Virus record (IMG/VR): IMGVR_UViG_3300025723_000017
Coordinates: 90,060 to 154,059 of that record
Direction: 5' to 3' (one strand)
DNA: 64,000 bases
Origin: a virus
Lineage: Duplodnaviria; Caudoviricetes
Made by a program: the position numbers and the translations under genes. The notes under the pieces were generated by a model. It saw only the letters and a list, made by a program, of their open reading frames with translations. It did not search any database and was not told where the DNA came from. The stretch's first letter is position 1. The number at the start of each line of letters is the position of its first letter. This document shows positions 27,813 through 37,067 of the stretch, piece after piece.

Positions 27813-28039
27813 ACGAACTTATTCGACAACTGGCTGAACAGGCTGGAATGATTATTGGTGATACTAGTGAGTTTGATATGGCAAAAATCATGCCGAAGGA
27901 ACTAAAGTTCGCCCAGTTGATTGTAGAAGAATGTATTGCCAAAATCTCACAAGAGCAGGACTTAGCTGAACAAAATTGGCTTTGTGATAATGGTGTACAC
28001 ATTTGTCACGAACTAACAAAACATTTCGGAATTGAATGA
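27809..28039 (+). CDS. MNE...GVEE family protein
   Basis: Family motifs. Confidence 0.8.
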   Translation: MNELIRQLAEQAGMIIGDTSEFDMAKIMPKELKFAQLIVEECIAKISQEQDLAEQNWLCDNGVHICHELTKHFGIE

Positions 28040-28187
28040 TGACACAGATTAGAGTGATTCCGAGATATGTTGATCATCTATGGTATCCTATACTTGTAAA
28101 AACCACAACAGGTTATAATCGAATCATAGAAATGCAAGGTCGTGCTGTGAATGAATGGAACGACAAAATAAGAAATGGGAGAAGATT

Positions 28188-28349
28188 ATGAAAGTCTATA
28201 TCGGCTATGAATGCTATAACAACTATGCTGACATTTTGAAAACTGTAGTAAAGGTGTTTGACGATGAAGTCAAAGCTCTTGTATGGAAAGAAGAATTCGT
28301 AGAAACAGAAACAGAGTTTCGTGAATATACTGTGATGACGGTAGAATAA
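28188..28349 (+). CDS. Hypothetical protein
   Basis: GGAG RBS before MKVYIG. Confidence 0.6.
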   Translation: MKVYIGYECYNNYADILKTVVKVFDDEVKALVWKEEFVETETEFREYTVMTVE

Positions 28350-28403
28350 AGTTGACAGTTAAAACTTTATCCACTATAATGAATTATGAATAAGGAGATG
28401 GCG

Positions 28404-28859
28404 ATGAAGAAAGGCGAAATGTTAGGCAAGATGTTAGTACTGGTCACCAATGCCCATGCAGGACAGTTTGATCGTGGTGGCTCGCCCTACATCCTCCACC
28501 CCCTGAAGGTCATGCACTACCTCAAGAGCGATGATGAAGAGCTGATGGTGATGGCTCTAGGGCACGATGTTATTGAGGATACTAATGTGACTTACGAGGA
28601 CCTTCGTCAAGCGGGCATCAGCGAGCGAGCAATCAAAGGCATTGCTGCACTGACTAAACTGCCTGGGCAGACTCTAGACGAGTACAAGGAAAGGGTCTTC
28701 GCTAACCCAGACGCAATGCGTGTTAAGCTAGCTGATCTACGTCACAATACAGACATTCGCAGACTCAAGGGTGTTACCGAAAAAGACATTGCACGTATGG
28801 CCAAGTATCACACATTCTTCATGGAAATACAGGCTAGACTGGTCGACAATAAAATCTAG
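28404..28859 (+). CDS. HD-domain hydrolase, RelA/SpoT hydrolase (Mesh1/SAH)-like
   Basis: AHAGQFDRGGSPYILHP, LGHDVIEDT, VKLADLRHN motifs. Confidence 0.85.
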   Translation: MKKGEMLGKMLVLVTNAHAGQFDRGGSPYILHPLKVMHYLKSDDEELMVMALGHDVIEDTNVTYEDLRQAGISERAIKGIAALTKLPGQTLDEYKERVFANPDAMRVKLADLRHNTDIRRLKGVTEKDIARMAKYHTFFMEIQARLVDNKI

Positions 28860-28900
28860 AATGAACGAACGAATTCGGCAACTTGCTAAAAGAATACTAC

Positions 28901-29203
28901 ATGGGTTCTAACTCCTATTACATTATCCAACGACCAATGGAAGATTCTGAACTTGAATGGTATGATGATTCTTCTGTTTGTTATGTCGCTGGTCAGCCCT
29001 CTTACCTTGATTGGGTTATGGACCCACTGGACGCTCGGCGATTTAAATCTATTACCGAGATTCGACGTTATATTACCAATGTATTGAAATTTAACCCACT
29101 TAGTGTGATTAACCTTAAGGCCTGGGAATTTCATCTAATCACTATGATTCCTCCAACAGACATCTTCACTGGAGCGCACACTATGGGCTTGCTTAAAATA
29201 TGA
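28901..29203 (+). CDS. Hypothetical protein
   Basis: ORF coupled to 29200. Confidence 0.55.
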   Translation: MGSNSYYIIQRPMEDSELEWYDDSSVCYVAGQPSYLDWVMDPLDARRFKSITEIRRYITNVLKFNPLSVINLKAWEFHLITMIPPTDIFTGAHTMGLLKI

Positions 29204-29424
29204 CCCACATCTCCATGTGGGATTCCCTTCGTCTGAACCGAAGCAGACAATATCATAATTTCATTCAGTATCTGCAGCGGCAACACGAACCGGCTCTTGT
29301 CACATTGGATTTCGTTATTGAAATACTTCGCCGAGATTGGCACTGTCAATTACTGAAGGAAATGGGTTTATTTATTTTTGAAAACGACGCCGATGCCACA
29401 GTATTTTTACTGAAGTTTAGTTAA
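29200..29424 (+). CDS. F-x-L-[RK]-W family protein
   Basis: FENDADATVFLLKFS. Confidence 0.8.
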   Translation: MTHISMWDSLRLNRSRQYHNFIQYLQRQHEPALVTLDFVIEILRRDWHCQLLKEMGLFIFENDADATVFLLKFS

Positions 29425-29705
29425 TTGTCAATATTGACAATTACATCAATTCAGCTTATAATAACTATAACTTAACAAAACCTATTAGAGGTCAATAATG
29501 GATACAGAATTACGTGAGCAATTTTTACAATTTCTTCGCGAAGAGTTAACTATTGATGTTACTACCGAAAGTGTTTATAGTGGCGGTATGTTTGGTGATA
29601 GCATGTATAGTAAGGTTCGTACATTGAACATTATGCTTGGTAATGAGGTTATTTCGTCTATCTGCCTTGACAGTTAATTAAATCCAGTATAAGGAATTAT
29701 TAATC

Positions 29706-29912
29706 ATGCTACAACTAGTAGAATTTATCAAAACATTTTATCGCGCTATAAAATATGGCTATTTTGAATGTGATTGGATAGGTAGAGACACCTGGCCCCA
29801 AAAATCTTATTTCGCCATTGATGCAACTTATTATGATGGTTATTGGGCTTCAATTAATATTTACAAATTATATATTGGATGGGTGCCGCACCTGCCTGAC
29901 TGTCAGAATTAA
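29706..29912 (+). CDS. Hypothetical protein
   Basis: AAGGA RBS. Confidence 0.6.
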   Translation: MLQLVEFIKTFYRAIKYGYFECDWIGRDTWPQKSYFAIDATYYDGYWASINIYKLYIGWVPHLPDCQN

Positions 29913-29960
29913 AAATTTGACAATTAATACACGTGTCTTTATAATTAACTGTTAATTAAC

Positions 29961-30170
29961 ATGACTGCGCCTATCACTATTTCCTCTACTGTATTAACTC
30001 GTGCGGTGCGTAGTCTATTACATGAGGGTGAGCAGTTGCCTATCCGGGAAGAAATTCTATATCAGGCTTTTGATATTGCAGCAATAATGGATGATTATAA
30101 CTCTCACGGATTCACTGTATTATTCAAATCAGAATATGCAGCTACTATGTTTTTATTAAGGTTTTCGTGA
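29961..30170 (+). CDS. F-x-L-[RK]-W family protein
   Basis: Ends FLLRFS. Confidence 0.8.
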   Translation: MTAPITISSTVLTRAVRSLLHEGEQLPIREEILYQAFDIAAIMDDYNSHGFTVLFKSEYAATMFLLRFS

Positions 30171-30171
30171 T

Positions 30172-30435
30172 ATGATAATCACTGTGCCAGATAAAGTGTT
30201 TCGGCGTGCTACTGCTTCTATCGGAGCGCATTACGAGTTTCCTACATTACGTACCACTGCTACTATTGGAACATCTGACCTGTATCCTGACTTCTTTAGC
30301 ATTTACAATATTAAAAATTATAAGTTAATTCCACAAATTGACGAATTTAACGATTCGGAACCCTTCATTGTGATGTGGCGTATTGAGTTTAAATCAGATG
30401 CCGACGCTGCTTACTTTTTACTGAAGTTTAGCTAA
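30172..30435 (+). CDS. F-x-L-[RK]-W family protein
   Basis: Ends FLLKFS. Confidence 0.8.
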   Translation: MIITVPDKVFRRATASIGAHYEFPTLRTTATIGTSDLYPDFFSIYNIKNYKLIPQIDEFNDSEPFIVMWRIEFKSDADAAYFLLKFS

Positions 30436-30436
30436 C

Positions 30437-30700
30437 ATGGCTAACATGACATCAGAACATCTAGCTGAACTGGCAGAAGAAATTAATCTAACAATAGATT
30501 GGGAAATTCTTTGCACATTAGACCCGACTAGAAAAAATTGGATAAGGATAAAATTTGCTTCCCAAACCAAATCGATAGACAGAGGTGCGATTGATACTTG
30601 GTGCCAACAGACGTTTGTTGGTGGCTATTATATAATTAGAGATCATATATATATTTCCAGAGAAGAAGATGTTGTAATGTTTAAACTGAAGTGGGCGTGA
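30437..30700 (+). CDS. F-x-L-[RK]-W family protein
   Basis: Ends FKLKWA. Confidence 0.8.
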   Translation: MANMTSEHLAELAEEINLTIDWEILCTLDPTRKNWIRIKFASQTKSIDRGAIDTWCQQTFVGGYYIIRDHIYISREEDVVMFKLKWA

Positions 30701-30704
30701 TAAA

Positions 30705-31049
30705 ATGAATAGTCACCAAAGAAGAATTGCAAAGCGTAAGAGCATGCAGGATCGGCGTAAAAGGATAGATATACTATTTGAAAAGATCGTCCCGTTCTAC
30801 TACGCTTCTGTTTCGCCGGTATACACCATTACTCTTAATATTCGTTTTCCTAATTTCACTATTGTAGACCATGCAATGTATGATTATGTACCCGACAACT
30901 ATTGCATAGTGCAGGTACTGTCAAAGGTTGCTGATTGGATAGAACAGCAGGATATTACACTTTGGAAACCTGATGATTCCAACAACCATCTTCAGAGATA
31001 TATTATATCCAATGAGTTATATTCATTGATGGCATTAAGGTGGTCATGA
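30705..31049 (+). CDS. F-x-L-[RK]-W family protein
   Basis: MNSHQRR start; ends ALRWS. Confidence 0.8.
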   Translation: MNSHQRRIAKRKSMQDRRKRIDILFEKIVPFYYASVSPVYTITLNIRFPNFTIVDHAMYDYVPDNYCIVQVLSKVADWIEQQDITLWKPDDSNNHLQRYIISNELYSLMALRWS

Positions 31050-31297
31050 TGGTCACTGATAACCAACGTAGATTAACTCATCAGGTTGTAATAGCTCCTG
31101 CACCTTATGCTAAAATACAACAAATATGCACATGGTGTCAAAATCAATTTGGAAAGAGTTTTGGTATTATTGATAGTGACATTGATGGGACGTGGAGAGG
31201 TGTATATCATGAGATATCATCTGGTGTACCAATTTCATATAAATTCTTATTCGATCACGAAGATGATGCTGTACTTTTTGCGTTGAAATGGTGTTAG
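31046..31297 (+). CDS. F-x-L-[RK]-W family protein
   Basis: ATGA overlap; ends FALKWC. Confidence 0.8.
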   Translation: MMVTDNQRRLTHQVVIAPAPYAKIQQICTWCQNQFGKSFGIIDSDIDGTWRGVYHEISSGVPISYKFLFDHEDDAVLFALKWC

Positions 31298-31298
31298 T

Positions 31299-31544
31299 AT
31301 GTCTTATTATACAGATAATTTAACAAAACACAATACAGAATATACCGCACGCGGCGAAGGTATTCGATATCGTACTCGCTCAATGTTTATGGGTCAGGTT
31401 TACAAATGGTTAAACGAACACAATATTGAATATACATGGGTAGGCCACCAGACTAGTGAGAGAGGCAGTATTACAACTTATTACCTCACTGTGAGTATAC
31501 TTAATGAGCATGACGCCATGCTGTTTATGTTAGCATGGAAATAG
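31299..31544 (+). CDS. F-x-L-[RK]-W family protein
   Basis: Ends FMLAWK. Confidence 0.75.
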   Translation: MSYYTDNLTKHNTEYTARGEGIRYRTRSMFMGQVYKWLNEHNIEYTWVGHQTSERGSITTYYLTVSILNEHDAMLFMLAWK

Positions 31545-31545
31545 A

Positions 31546-31779
31546 ATGAAGAATTTGGGATTTAATTATAAAATATCCGCAGAGGTGGGCAATTACCACC
31601 AACTCGATAATATGTTTACATGGTGTAATGAAACATTCGGCCCTAGATATGGTTCATTTAGTAACAACCAAGGCAGGTGGGCTTGTTTGTGGCAACAATA
31701 CCAAAAGACACATGGATATTTCTGGTACTTTAGACAGGAAGAAGATGCTGCATTTTTTACACTGAGGTGGATAAAATGA
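31546..31779 (+). CDS. F-x-L-[RK]-W family protein
   Basis: WCNETFG; ends FTLRWIK. Confidence 0.8.
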   Translation: MKNLGFNYKISAEVGNYHQLDNMFTWCNETFGPRYGSFSNNQGRWACLWQQYQKTHGYFWYFRQEEDAAFFTLRWIK

Positions 31780-31961
31780 AAAATGATAATTTTATGGTTA
31801 GTAAACCGGGGGAAATTTATATTAGGGTGCCTACAATAACCAAGGAAATACTCATGTGGCTTGACAATTATGAAGGAGATGGTACATATTCACGAGGATG
31901 GTATGGTATATATTTTACTAGAGAAGAAGATGCTGTCATGTTTAGCCTGAGGTGGATATGA
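31776..31961 (+). CDS. F-x-L-[RK]-W family protein
   Basis: Ends FSLRWI; close paralogue of 34444. Confidence 0.8.
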   Translation: MKNDNFMVSKPGEIYIRVPTITKEILMWLDNYEGDGTYSRGWYGIYFTREEDAVMFSLRWI

Positions 31962-32191
31962 GTCAATATAGTCAAGATTCTTTATCACGACGTACATATC
32001 ACGATAATTGGATTCTGATCCAGTTACCTCGTCTACTTTCGCTTGACTGTATTGTATGGTGTTATGAGAAATTTGGTGAAGAACGAATATTACGTGGGAC
32101 TTGTACGGGTAAGTGGCTTCATCGTGGCGCAGGTAACATTGAATTTGAGCGTGAGGAAGACGCTGTATTATTTACCCTGAGGTGGCTATAA
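31958..32191 (+). CDS. F-x-L-[RK]-W family protein
   Basis: Ends FTLRWL. Confidence 0.8.
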   Translation: MSQYSQDSLSRRTYHDNWILIQLPRLLSLDCIVWCYEKFGEERILRGTCTGKWLHRGAGNIEFEREEDAVLFTLRWL

Positions 32192-32430
32192 TGTACTATG
32201 TCAAGAAATCTAGAATCCGTCTACAGATATCACGATTATATCAAAATTGGACAAACATACTTGGTCCTTCCTGGTTCTTTTATACGTTTGAAGAAAGGTA
32301 TCAACAGTTTGATGTGTGGATGGAGAGAGAACATGGTATAATAACAATTCGTTCGAATAATAAAAGCCAAACAAAACTTGGATTTAAGAGCCAAGGTGAC
32401 TTTTTAATGTTTATGCTACGCTGGAGTTAA
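32191..32430 (+). CDS. F-x-L-[RK]-W family protein
   Basis: Ends FMLRWS. Confidence 0.8.
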   Translation: MYYVKKSRIRLQISRLYQNWTNILGPSWFFYTFEERYQQFDVWMEREHGIITIRSNNKSQTKLGFKSQGDFLMFMLRWS

Positions 32431-32495
32431 AATACCACTTACTATAGAGTTAACTTTTTGTTGACATTTAATTCATTCTTAATTAAAATTGATAT

Positions 32496-32849
32496 ATGTA
32501 TACCGAAAACCTATTGATTGATTTTCACAACCTAACGAGTGTTAATCTCCCTCAACACACTTGCATATCTCTACAGCAATATCTGCTAAAGGGATGGGAT
32601 CCAGGTGGATTCCTCAGTGCAGTTCTTATGAATGATATGATGTTGGCTGTGACTCGCGCAGATCCGGTTAACCGCAAGTTTTTATGGGATATCGGACGTT
32701 GGGTCTACACTCAAGCGCCACCTGGCAGCTGGGGCAGTAGAGAAATGGTACTGAATTGGATGAATGATCTAGGCGGTCATAGAAGTAAGTACGCAAACAC
32801 TATAGAACATGAACACTTAATCCATGTGTTAAAGAGGCCTGAGCCATGA
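32496..32849 (+). CDS. Conserved phage hypothetical protein
   Basis: PGGFLSAVLMND...AD..N...P.GSWGS. Confidence 0.8.
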   Translation: MYTENLLIDFHNLTSVNLPQHTCISLQQYLLKGWDPGGFLSAVLMNDMMLAVTRADPVNRKFLWDIGRWVYTQAPPGSWGSREMVLNWMNDLGGHRSKYANTIEHEHLIHVLKRPEP

Positions 32850-33094
32850 AAAAAACTTCTACGTTACCTCGTAACGGACAGTATGAAATCTTTAGTAATG
32901 CAGGAAGAACCTATTGTTTTGATGATCCTGGATTTAAATGGATGTACACACCTGAGGGTATGTTTGATTGGATCAGAGCACAAGATCCAGCATTATGGAC
33001 AGACATGACCCAACTGCATGGATGGCGTGATGATAATTCGGCTTTTTATCTACAACCTAAACTTTATCTATTGTGGAAATTGAGATGGGTATGA
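32846..33094 (+). CDS. F-x-L-[RK]-W family protein
   Basis: Ends WKLRWV. Confidence 0.75.
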   Translation: MKKTSTLPRNGQYEIFSNAGRTYCFDDPGFKWMYTPEGMFDWIRAQDPALWTDMTQLHGWRDDNSAFYLQPKLYLLWKLRWV

Positions 33095-33354
33095 TTTCTG
33101 TGCCTGTGGGTACTTATAACTATCATTATCCTACTTCTGGTGTAATTGTTGTAATTGCTGAGATTCCGCAAGCGTTTCAACATGCGCATCATGCTATAAT
33201 AGCCAAACGCGGTATTCCTACGACTGGTCAATGGTTGAAAACAATGAAGCAGTTGTGGTGGGAAGAATATGGCGTTACTGTTATCAAAGACTGGTTTGCA
33301 CTTGAGTTTGCAACTGAACAAGAATTGACTATGTTTTTGTTGAGGTGGTCATGA
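33091..33354 (+). CDS. F-x-L-[RK]-W family protein
   Basis: Ends FLLRWS. Confidence 0.8.
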   Translation: MISVPVGTYNYHYPTSGVIVVIAEIPQAFQHAHHAIIAKRGIPTTGQWLKTMKQLWWEEYGVTVIKDWFALEFATEQELTMFLLRWS

Positions 33355-33557
33355 AGATTCGAATTCCAGTTGAAGGCAAGTGTTTTGACAAAATTATTCA
33401 ATCATGTGTTGAATCGACATCTACTACTTTGGATATATGGGATTTTATAGAGAACCAGACAGGGGCTCGACGTAAATGGAGTTGGTGGCATCAACAAAAT
33501 TACTTGGTATTTACATCAGAGAAAGATTATGTCATGTTTTTGTTGAGGTGGTCATGA
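33351..33557 (+). CDS. F-x-L-[RK]-W family protein
   Basis: Ends FLLRWS. Confidence 0.8.
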   Translation: MKIRIPVEGKCFDKIIQSCVESTSTTLDIWDFIENQTGARRKWSWWHQQNYLVFTSEKDYVMFLLRWS

Positions 33558-33799
33558 GAATTTATACTAAAGTGATAGTACCTAGACATTATAATCGAAC
33601 GGAACATTCTACCATGCGAAACTGGTGTAAGGAAAACTTCGGCGTTAGCAACAGTAAGAAAGATAAGGATCTTGGTTACCAAAATCCTTGGTATGCTCGT
33701 AGCGACTGGTATCTGATTAACAGACAATATGAGCGGGCGTCATGCTTTTGTTTTCGCAATCCTGCGCATGCCACATTATTTGCCCTGAGGTGGTCATGA
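33554..33799 (+). CDS. F-x-L-[RK]-W family protein
   Basis: WCKENFG; ends FALRWS. Confidence 0.8.
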   Translation: MRIYTKVIVPRHYNRTEHSTMRNWCKENFGVSNSKKDKDLGYQNPWYARSDWYLINRQYERASCFCFRNPAHATLFALRWS

Positions 33800-33990
33800 A
33801 ATTTTACACAGTAAAGATGCCAGAGGCGTATGCCAGAATACAATGGTGTAGAAAGACCTTTGGACCACCATTTCAAAATTTACCAAGGGAACAACGCCAG
33901 TGGAGTAATATACGTTGGTATCGTTGTTATGGCTCTCTTTGTTTTCGTGAAGAATCAGATTATCTGTTATATTTGTTAAGGTGGGCATAA
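33796..33990 (+). CDS. F-x-L-[RK]-W family protein
   Basis: WCRKTFG; ends YLLRWA. Confidence 0.8.
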   Translation: MKFYTVKMPEAYARIQWCRKTFGPPFQNLPREQRQWSNIRWYRCYGSLCFREESDYLLYLLRWA

Positions 33991-34196
33991 TGACTGAATG
34001 GCATGCGGTAATGTATAACTTTCCATCATATGATACCCTAACCAGAATTGAATACGCAAGGAATATGCAAACATGGTTTAAGGAAAACAATATTGAAGAT
34101 TGGCATACTCTACGCGATGAAGACGATAATATGATGATCGGATATGCCTTTAAACATGAGCGTGATGCTATAATGTTTTCATTGAGGTGGTTATGA
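33990..34196 (+). CDS. F-x-L-[RK]-W family protein
   Basis: Ends FSLRWL. Confidence 0.8.
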   Translation: MTEWHAVMYNFPSYDTLTRIEYARNMQTWFKENNIEDWHTLRDEDDNMMIGYAFKHERDAIMFSLRWL

Positions 34197-34447
34197 TGGC
34201 GCGTGTCGAACAATCTAGATTAGAATATCCTGTGGTAATAAAAGTCATATCTTCAGATGAGCTTAACGAAATCGCAACCTGGTGTCATGAACAGTTTGGC
34301 CTGAAGGTTACTGTCGATATTCATGCCAATTATATCTTTGACAGAACATGGCGATTAAGTAGCAACTCTAATTATTTCTCCGGATACTCATTCTCATTTG
34401 ATCGAGAGCAGGATGCTATTTTATTTGCACTGAAGTGGGTGAAATGA
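34193..34447 (+). CDS. F-x-L-[RK]-W family protein
   Basis: WCHEQFG; ends FALKWVK. Confidence 0.8.
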   Translation: MMARVEQSRLEYPVVIKVISSDELNEIATWCHEQFGLKVTVDIHANYIFDRTWRLSSNSNYFSGYSFSFDREQDAILFALKWVK

Positions 34448-34632
34448 AAAATAATGATTTTGTAATTGGTAAACCGGGAGCAATTTATGTTAGGTCGGGC
34501 TCGTTAATAACTAACGAAATAATTGCATGGCTCGATGCCTATGAAGGGAAAGGAGTGTATTCGCGAGCTTTGCATGGTATATATTTTTCTAGAGAAGAAG
34601 ATGCTGTCATGTTTAAACTGAGGTGGGCGTAG
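34444..34632 (+). CDS. F-x-L-[RK]-W family protein
   Basis: Ends FKLRWA. Confidence 0.8.
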   Translation: MKNNDFVIGKPGAIYVRSGSLITNEIIAWLDAYEGKGVYSRALHGIYFSREEDAVMFKLRWA

Positions 34633-34633
34633 T

Positions 34634-34858
34634 GTGAGAATATTATTATTTAAACCTACTAACGTTAATCCCACGTGGTGGTATAATTTCCTAGATGCGC
34701 ACCCAGGGTATACAAATACTGTTGAGCAAATAAATCTAGTTTTATCGCCATTTAATTGTAGATTTTCTGTGAATAATACAAAGAAGGGGTATGGAGCTAG
34801 GTATTTACATTTCAAAACAAAAAGTGATTATCTTATGTTTATACTGAGGTGGTCATAA
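34634..34858 (+). CDS. F-x-L-[RK]-W family protein
   Basis: PTWWYNFL subtype; ends FILRWS. Confidence 0.8.
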   Translation: MRILLFKPTNVNPTWWYNFLDAHPGYTNTVEQINLVLSPFNCRFSVNNTKKGYGARYLHFKTKSDYLMFILRWS

Positions 34859-35064
34859 TGCATAAGCTCAAGACAGCAGCAGGCCTATGGACTATACTTC
34901 AGACACAACCCAATAGTAACATTCGTGAAATTAACCAATGGGCTCGAGATACTTTTGGTTCATCTGAAGTAGCATGGCCGCCACGTTGGATGTACTTATC
35001 TGGTGATAACTACGGATTTCTGTTTGAAGAAGATGCTATGCTTTTTAGCTTGAGGTGGCTATGA
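34858..35064 (+). CDS. F-x-L-[RK]-W family protein
   Basis: Ends FSLRWL. Confidence 0.8.
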   Translation: MHKLKTAAGLWTILQTQPNSNIREINQWARDTFGSSEVAWPPRWMYLSGDNYGFLFEEDAMLFSLRWL

Positions 35065-35294
35065 GTTTACCAGAGCGAGATCGTTGGCCCCACGTGCTAC
35101 GTTTGCCTGATTATCGCCGATACATCACAGATGCGTTAGAGGCGAAGGACCCTAGGGTAATATGGTGCCGTGAGAATTTAAAATCCAATCAATGGCGTTA
35201 TGATGGGTGGCATCCCATAAATTTTCGATTCAAGAATCGTGCAGATGCTGTTATGTTTTCCTTGAGGTGGATATGCATAAACCCATTGTATTAA
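35061..35294 (+). CDS. F-x-L-[RK]-W family protein
   Basis: FSLRW plus short tail. Confidence 0.8.
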   Translation: MSLPERDRWPHVLRLPDYRRYITDALEAKDPRVIWCRENLKSNQWRYDGWHPINFRFKNRADAVMFSLRWICINPLY

Positions 35295-35518
35295 CCCCAG
35301 AAGTAACCACTCGAATTTGGAAAAATTGGCTGATCAAGGTAGAAGGTGAGACTGGCCGAATCCCTCATAGTATGCGCTATAGTTACGACGCTCCTCATCA
35401 CGATCGGTTTCAATCCTGGTTATGGAATCAAGGTGCGGTACTTCGAAAAATCAATAAAAACTATCATATTGAAGCATATGATTCCGATGCAACTATGATT
35501 TCTTTGAAGTGGGGATAG
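35273..35518 (+). CDS. F-x-L-[RK]-W family protein
   Basis: Ends ISLKWG. Confidence 0.75.
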   Translation: MHKPIVLTPEVTTRIWKNWLIKVEGETGRIPHSMRYSYDAPHHDRFQSWLWNQGAVLRKINKNYHIEAYDSDATMISLKWG

Positions 35519-35572
35519 ACAATTGATTAATTTTCGTTTATAATCACAATAATGTAATCAATTGAGATCAGC

Positions 35573-35761
35573 ATGGCTATAAGACATTTTCCATATAAAG
35601 TTGCAGTCAGCGGGTCATACCAACGACAGGATATACATGAATGGTGCGATAAAAATATCGGCGAATATGGTATCATGTGGGGACGTATGGTCATGTCCAA
35701 CAAACCCTACCGATTCCGGTTTAAGCGTGATGCGGTGCTGTTTACTCTGAGGTGGGCATAA
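35573..35761 (+). CDS. F-x-L-[RK]-W family protein
   Basis: Ends FTLRWA. Confidence 0.8.
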   Translation: MAIRHFPYKVAVSGSYQRQDIHEWCDKNIGEYGIMWGRMVMSNKPYRFRFKRDAVLFTLRWA

Positions 35762-35994
35762 TGTATGTCGCATTTTCAGGGCTGAGGCATGTACATGAAA
35801 CTCCATCATGGTTTCAAAACTTTCTCGTGGAATTAACAAAAAAGACAAATTCCTCCCGACTTTCTGTTAAAACTCTAGGCGAAGAATTGGCATTATATGG
35901 AGCAGTTTATAGAGTTCCTAACATTAACATCGGGGCCTCCTTGGAATTCACTACAGAGCAGGATTATCTTATGTTTGTATTGAGGTGGTCGTGA
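35761..35994 (+). CDS. F-x-L-[RK]-W family protein
   Basis: Ends FVLRWS. Confidence 0.8.
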   Translation: MYVAFSGLRHVHETPSWFQNFLVELTKKTNSSRLSVKTLGEELALYGAVYRVPNINIGASLEFTTEQDYLMFVLRWS

Positions 35995-36167
35995 TAACCA
36001 GAATCTATATTCCCGGCATGGTGTCAGCGGAGATGAATACTATATTTAAATGGTGTCTAGATCATTTCGGTGAATATCGTGATCAATGGAATTACAATAT
36101 TATGACTGGTGTCTGGGAGTTTAGAAAATCCAGTGATGCTATGCTTTTTAAATTGAGGTGGGCATGA
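35991..36167 (+). CDS. F-x-L-[RK]-W family protein
   Basis: GTGA overlap; ends FKLRWA. Confidence 0.75.
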   Translation: MITRIYIPGMVSAEMNTIFKWCLDHFGEYRDQWNYNIMTGVWEFRKSSDAMLFKLRWA

Positions 36168-36352
36168 AGATTATATTGTATATGAATCACAGAGACGACG
36201 CAATATTGCAATGGATTATAGACAATAATATTCGGCATACAGTATTAGAAATAAACGTGCATTATCGTTCCTTTGAACTGGTGCCTACAGTAATTGAAAT
36301 TCCAGACGACTCTGTGGATTTAGATCTTTATTTGTTGAGGTGGTCACAATGA
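36164..36352 (+). CDS. F-x-L-[RK]-W family protein
   Basis: Ends YLLRWSQ. Confidence 0.75.
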   Translation: MKIILYMNHRDDAILQWIIDNNIRHTVLEINVHYRSFELVPTVIEIPDDSVDLDLYLLRWSQ

Positions 36353-36582
36353 ACGCAAAACAGCGACGAATTTGGAGAAGAGGGTTTGATCATAAGGTAA
36401 TACTTGAGTATAAGGTAATATTTGATTCTGATATTACCTATTGGAGTGAGTATGAAGCAAGAGCATGGTGTCGTGAAATTTTCGGAGAAGATTTTAAAGA
36501 TTGGGGACACATACATGGAGAAGGCATTTTTTATTTTCGTAAACCAGAACATGCAACTTTATTCAGGTTGAAATGGACATAA
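36349..36582 (+). CDS. F-x-L-[RK]-W family protein
   Basis: MNAKQRR start; ends FRLKWT. Confidence 0.8.
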   Translation: MNAKQRRIWRRGFDHKVILEYKVIFDSDITYWSEYEARAWCREIFGEDFKDWGHIHGEGIFYFRKPEHATLFRLKWT

Positions 36583-36824
36583 CAACTCAGTATACTAAAG
36601 ATGGCTATTGGGTTGTTGTTCCCCCACTTGTAACTCCTTCGTGGTATGTTCGACTATTTGATGAGGCGATTAAACAAGCCCGGCAAAAAAGGTCAAGTGC
36701 GCATTACATGCTTGCACAACTGTTGAGTCAGTATAATGCCCACTATTGTTTTAGCAATGATGGGTTTAGGATTAGATTTGATCACGAACAGGATTATATA
36801 ATGATGTTATTAAAATGGAGTTGA
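36573..36824 (+). CDS. F-x-L-[RK]-W family protein
   Basis: Ends MLLKWS. Confidence 0.75.
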   Translation: MDITTQYTKDGYWVVVPPLVTPSWYVRLFDEAIKQARQKRSSAHYMLAQLLSQYNAHYCFSNDGFRIRFDHEQDYIMMLLKWS

Positions 36825-36833
36825 TGATTATTT

Positions 36834-37067
36834 GTGAAATATACTAATTTCTATAAAGGATGGCATTATATTCAAATGTCCAGTGACATGGATGTAGTGA
36901 AATGGGGAGACTGTTATCAATGGTGTAGTGAGATATTTGGATTCGAACATCACACAAATTCTAGATGGGCTTATGTTGGAAACGGAGCATTTTATTTTGC
37001 CGACGAACATGATTTTCTATTAGTAACATTAAAATTTCCACATTCCTACATAATAAATAAAGTATGA
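36834..37067 (+). CDS. F-x-L-[RK]-W family protein
   Basis: WCSEIFG...FYFADEHDFLLVTLKF. Confidence 0.75.
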   Translation: MKYTNFYKGWHYIQMSSDMDVVKWGDCYQWCSEIFGFEHHTNSRWAYVGNGAFYFADEHDFLLVTLKFPHSYIINKV

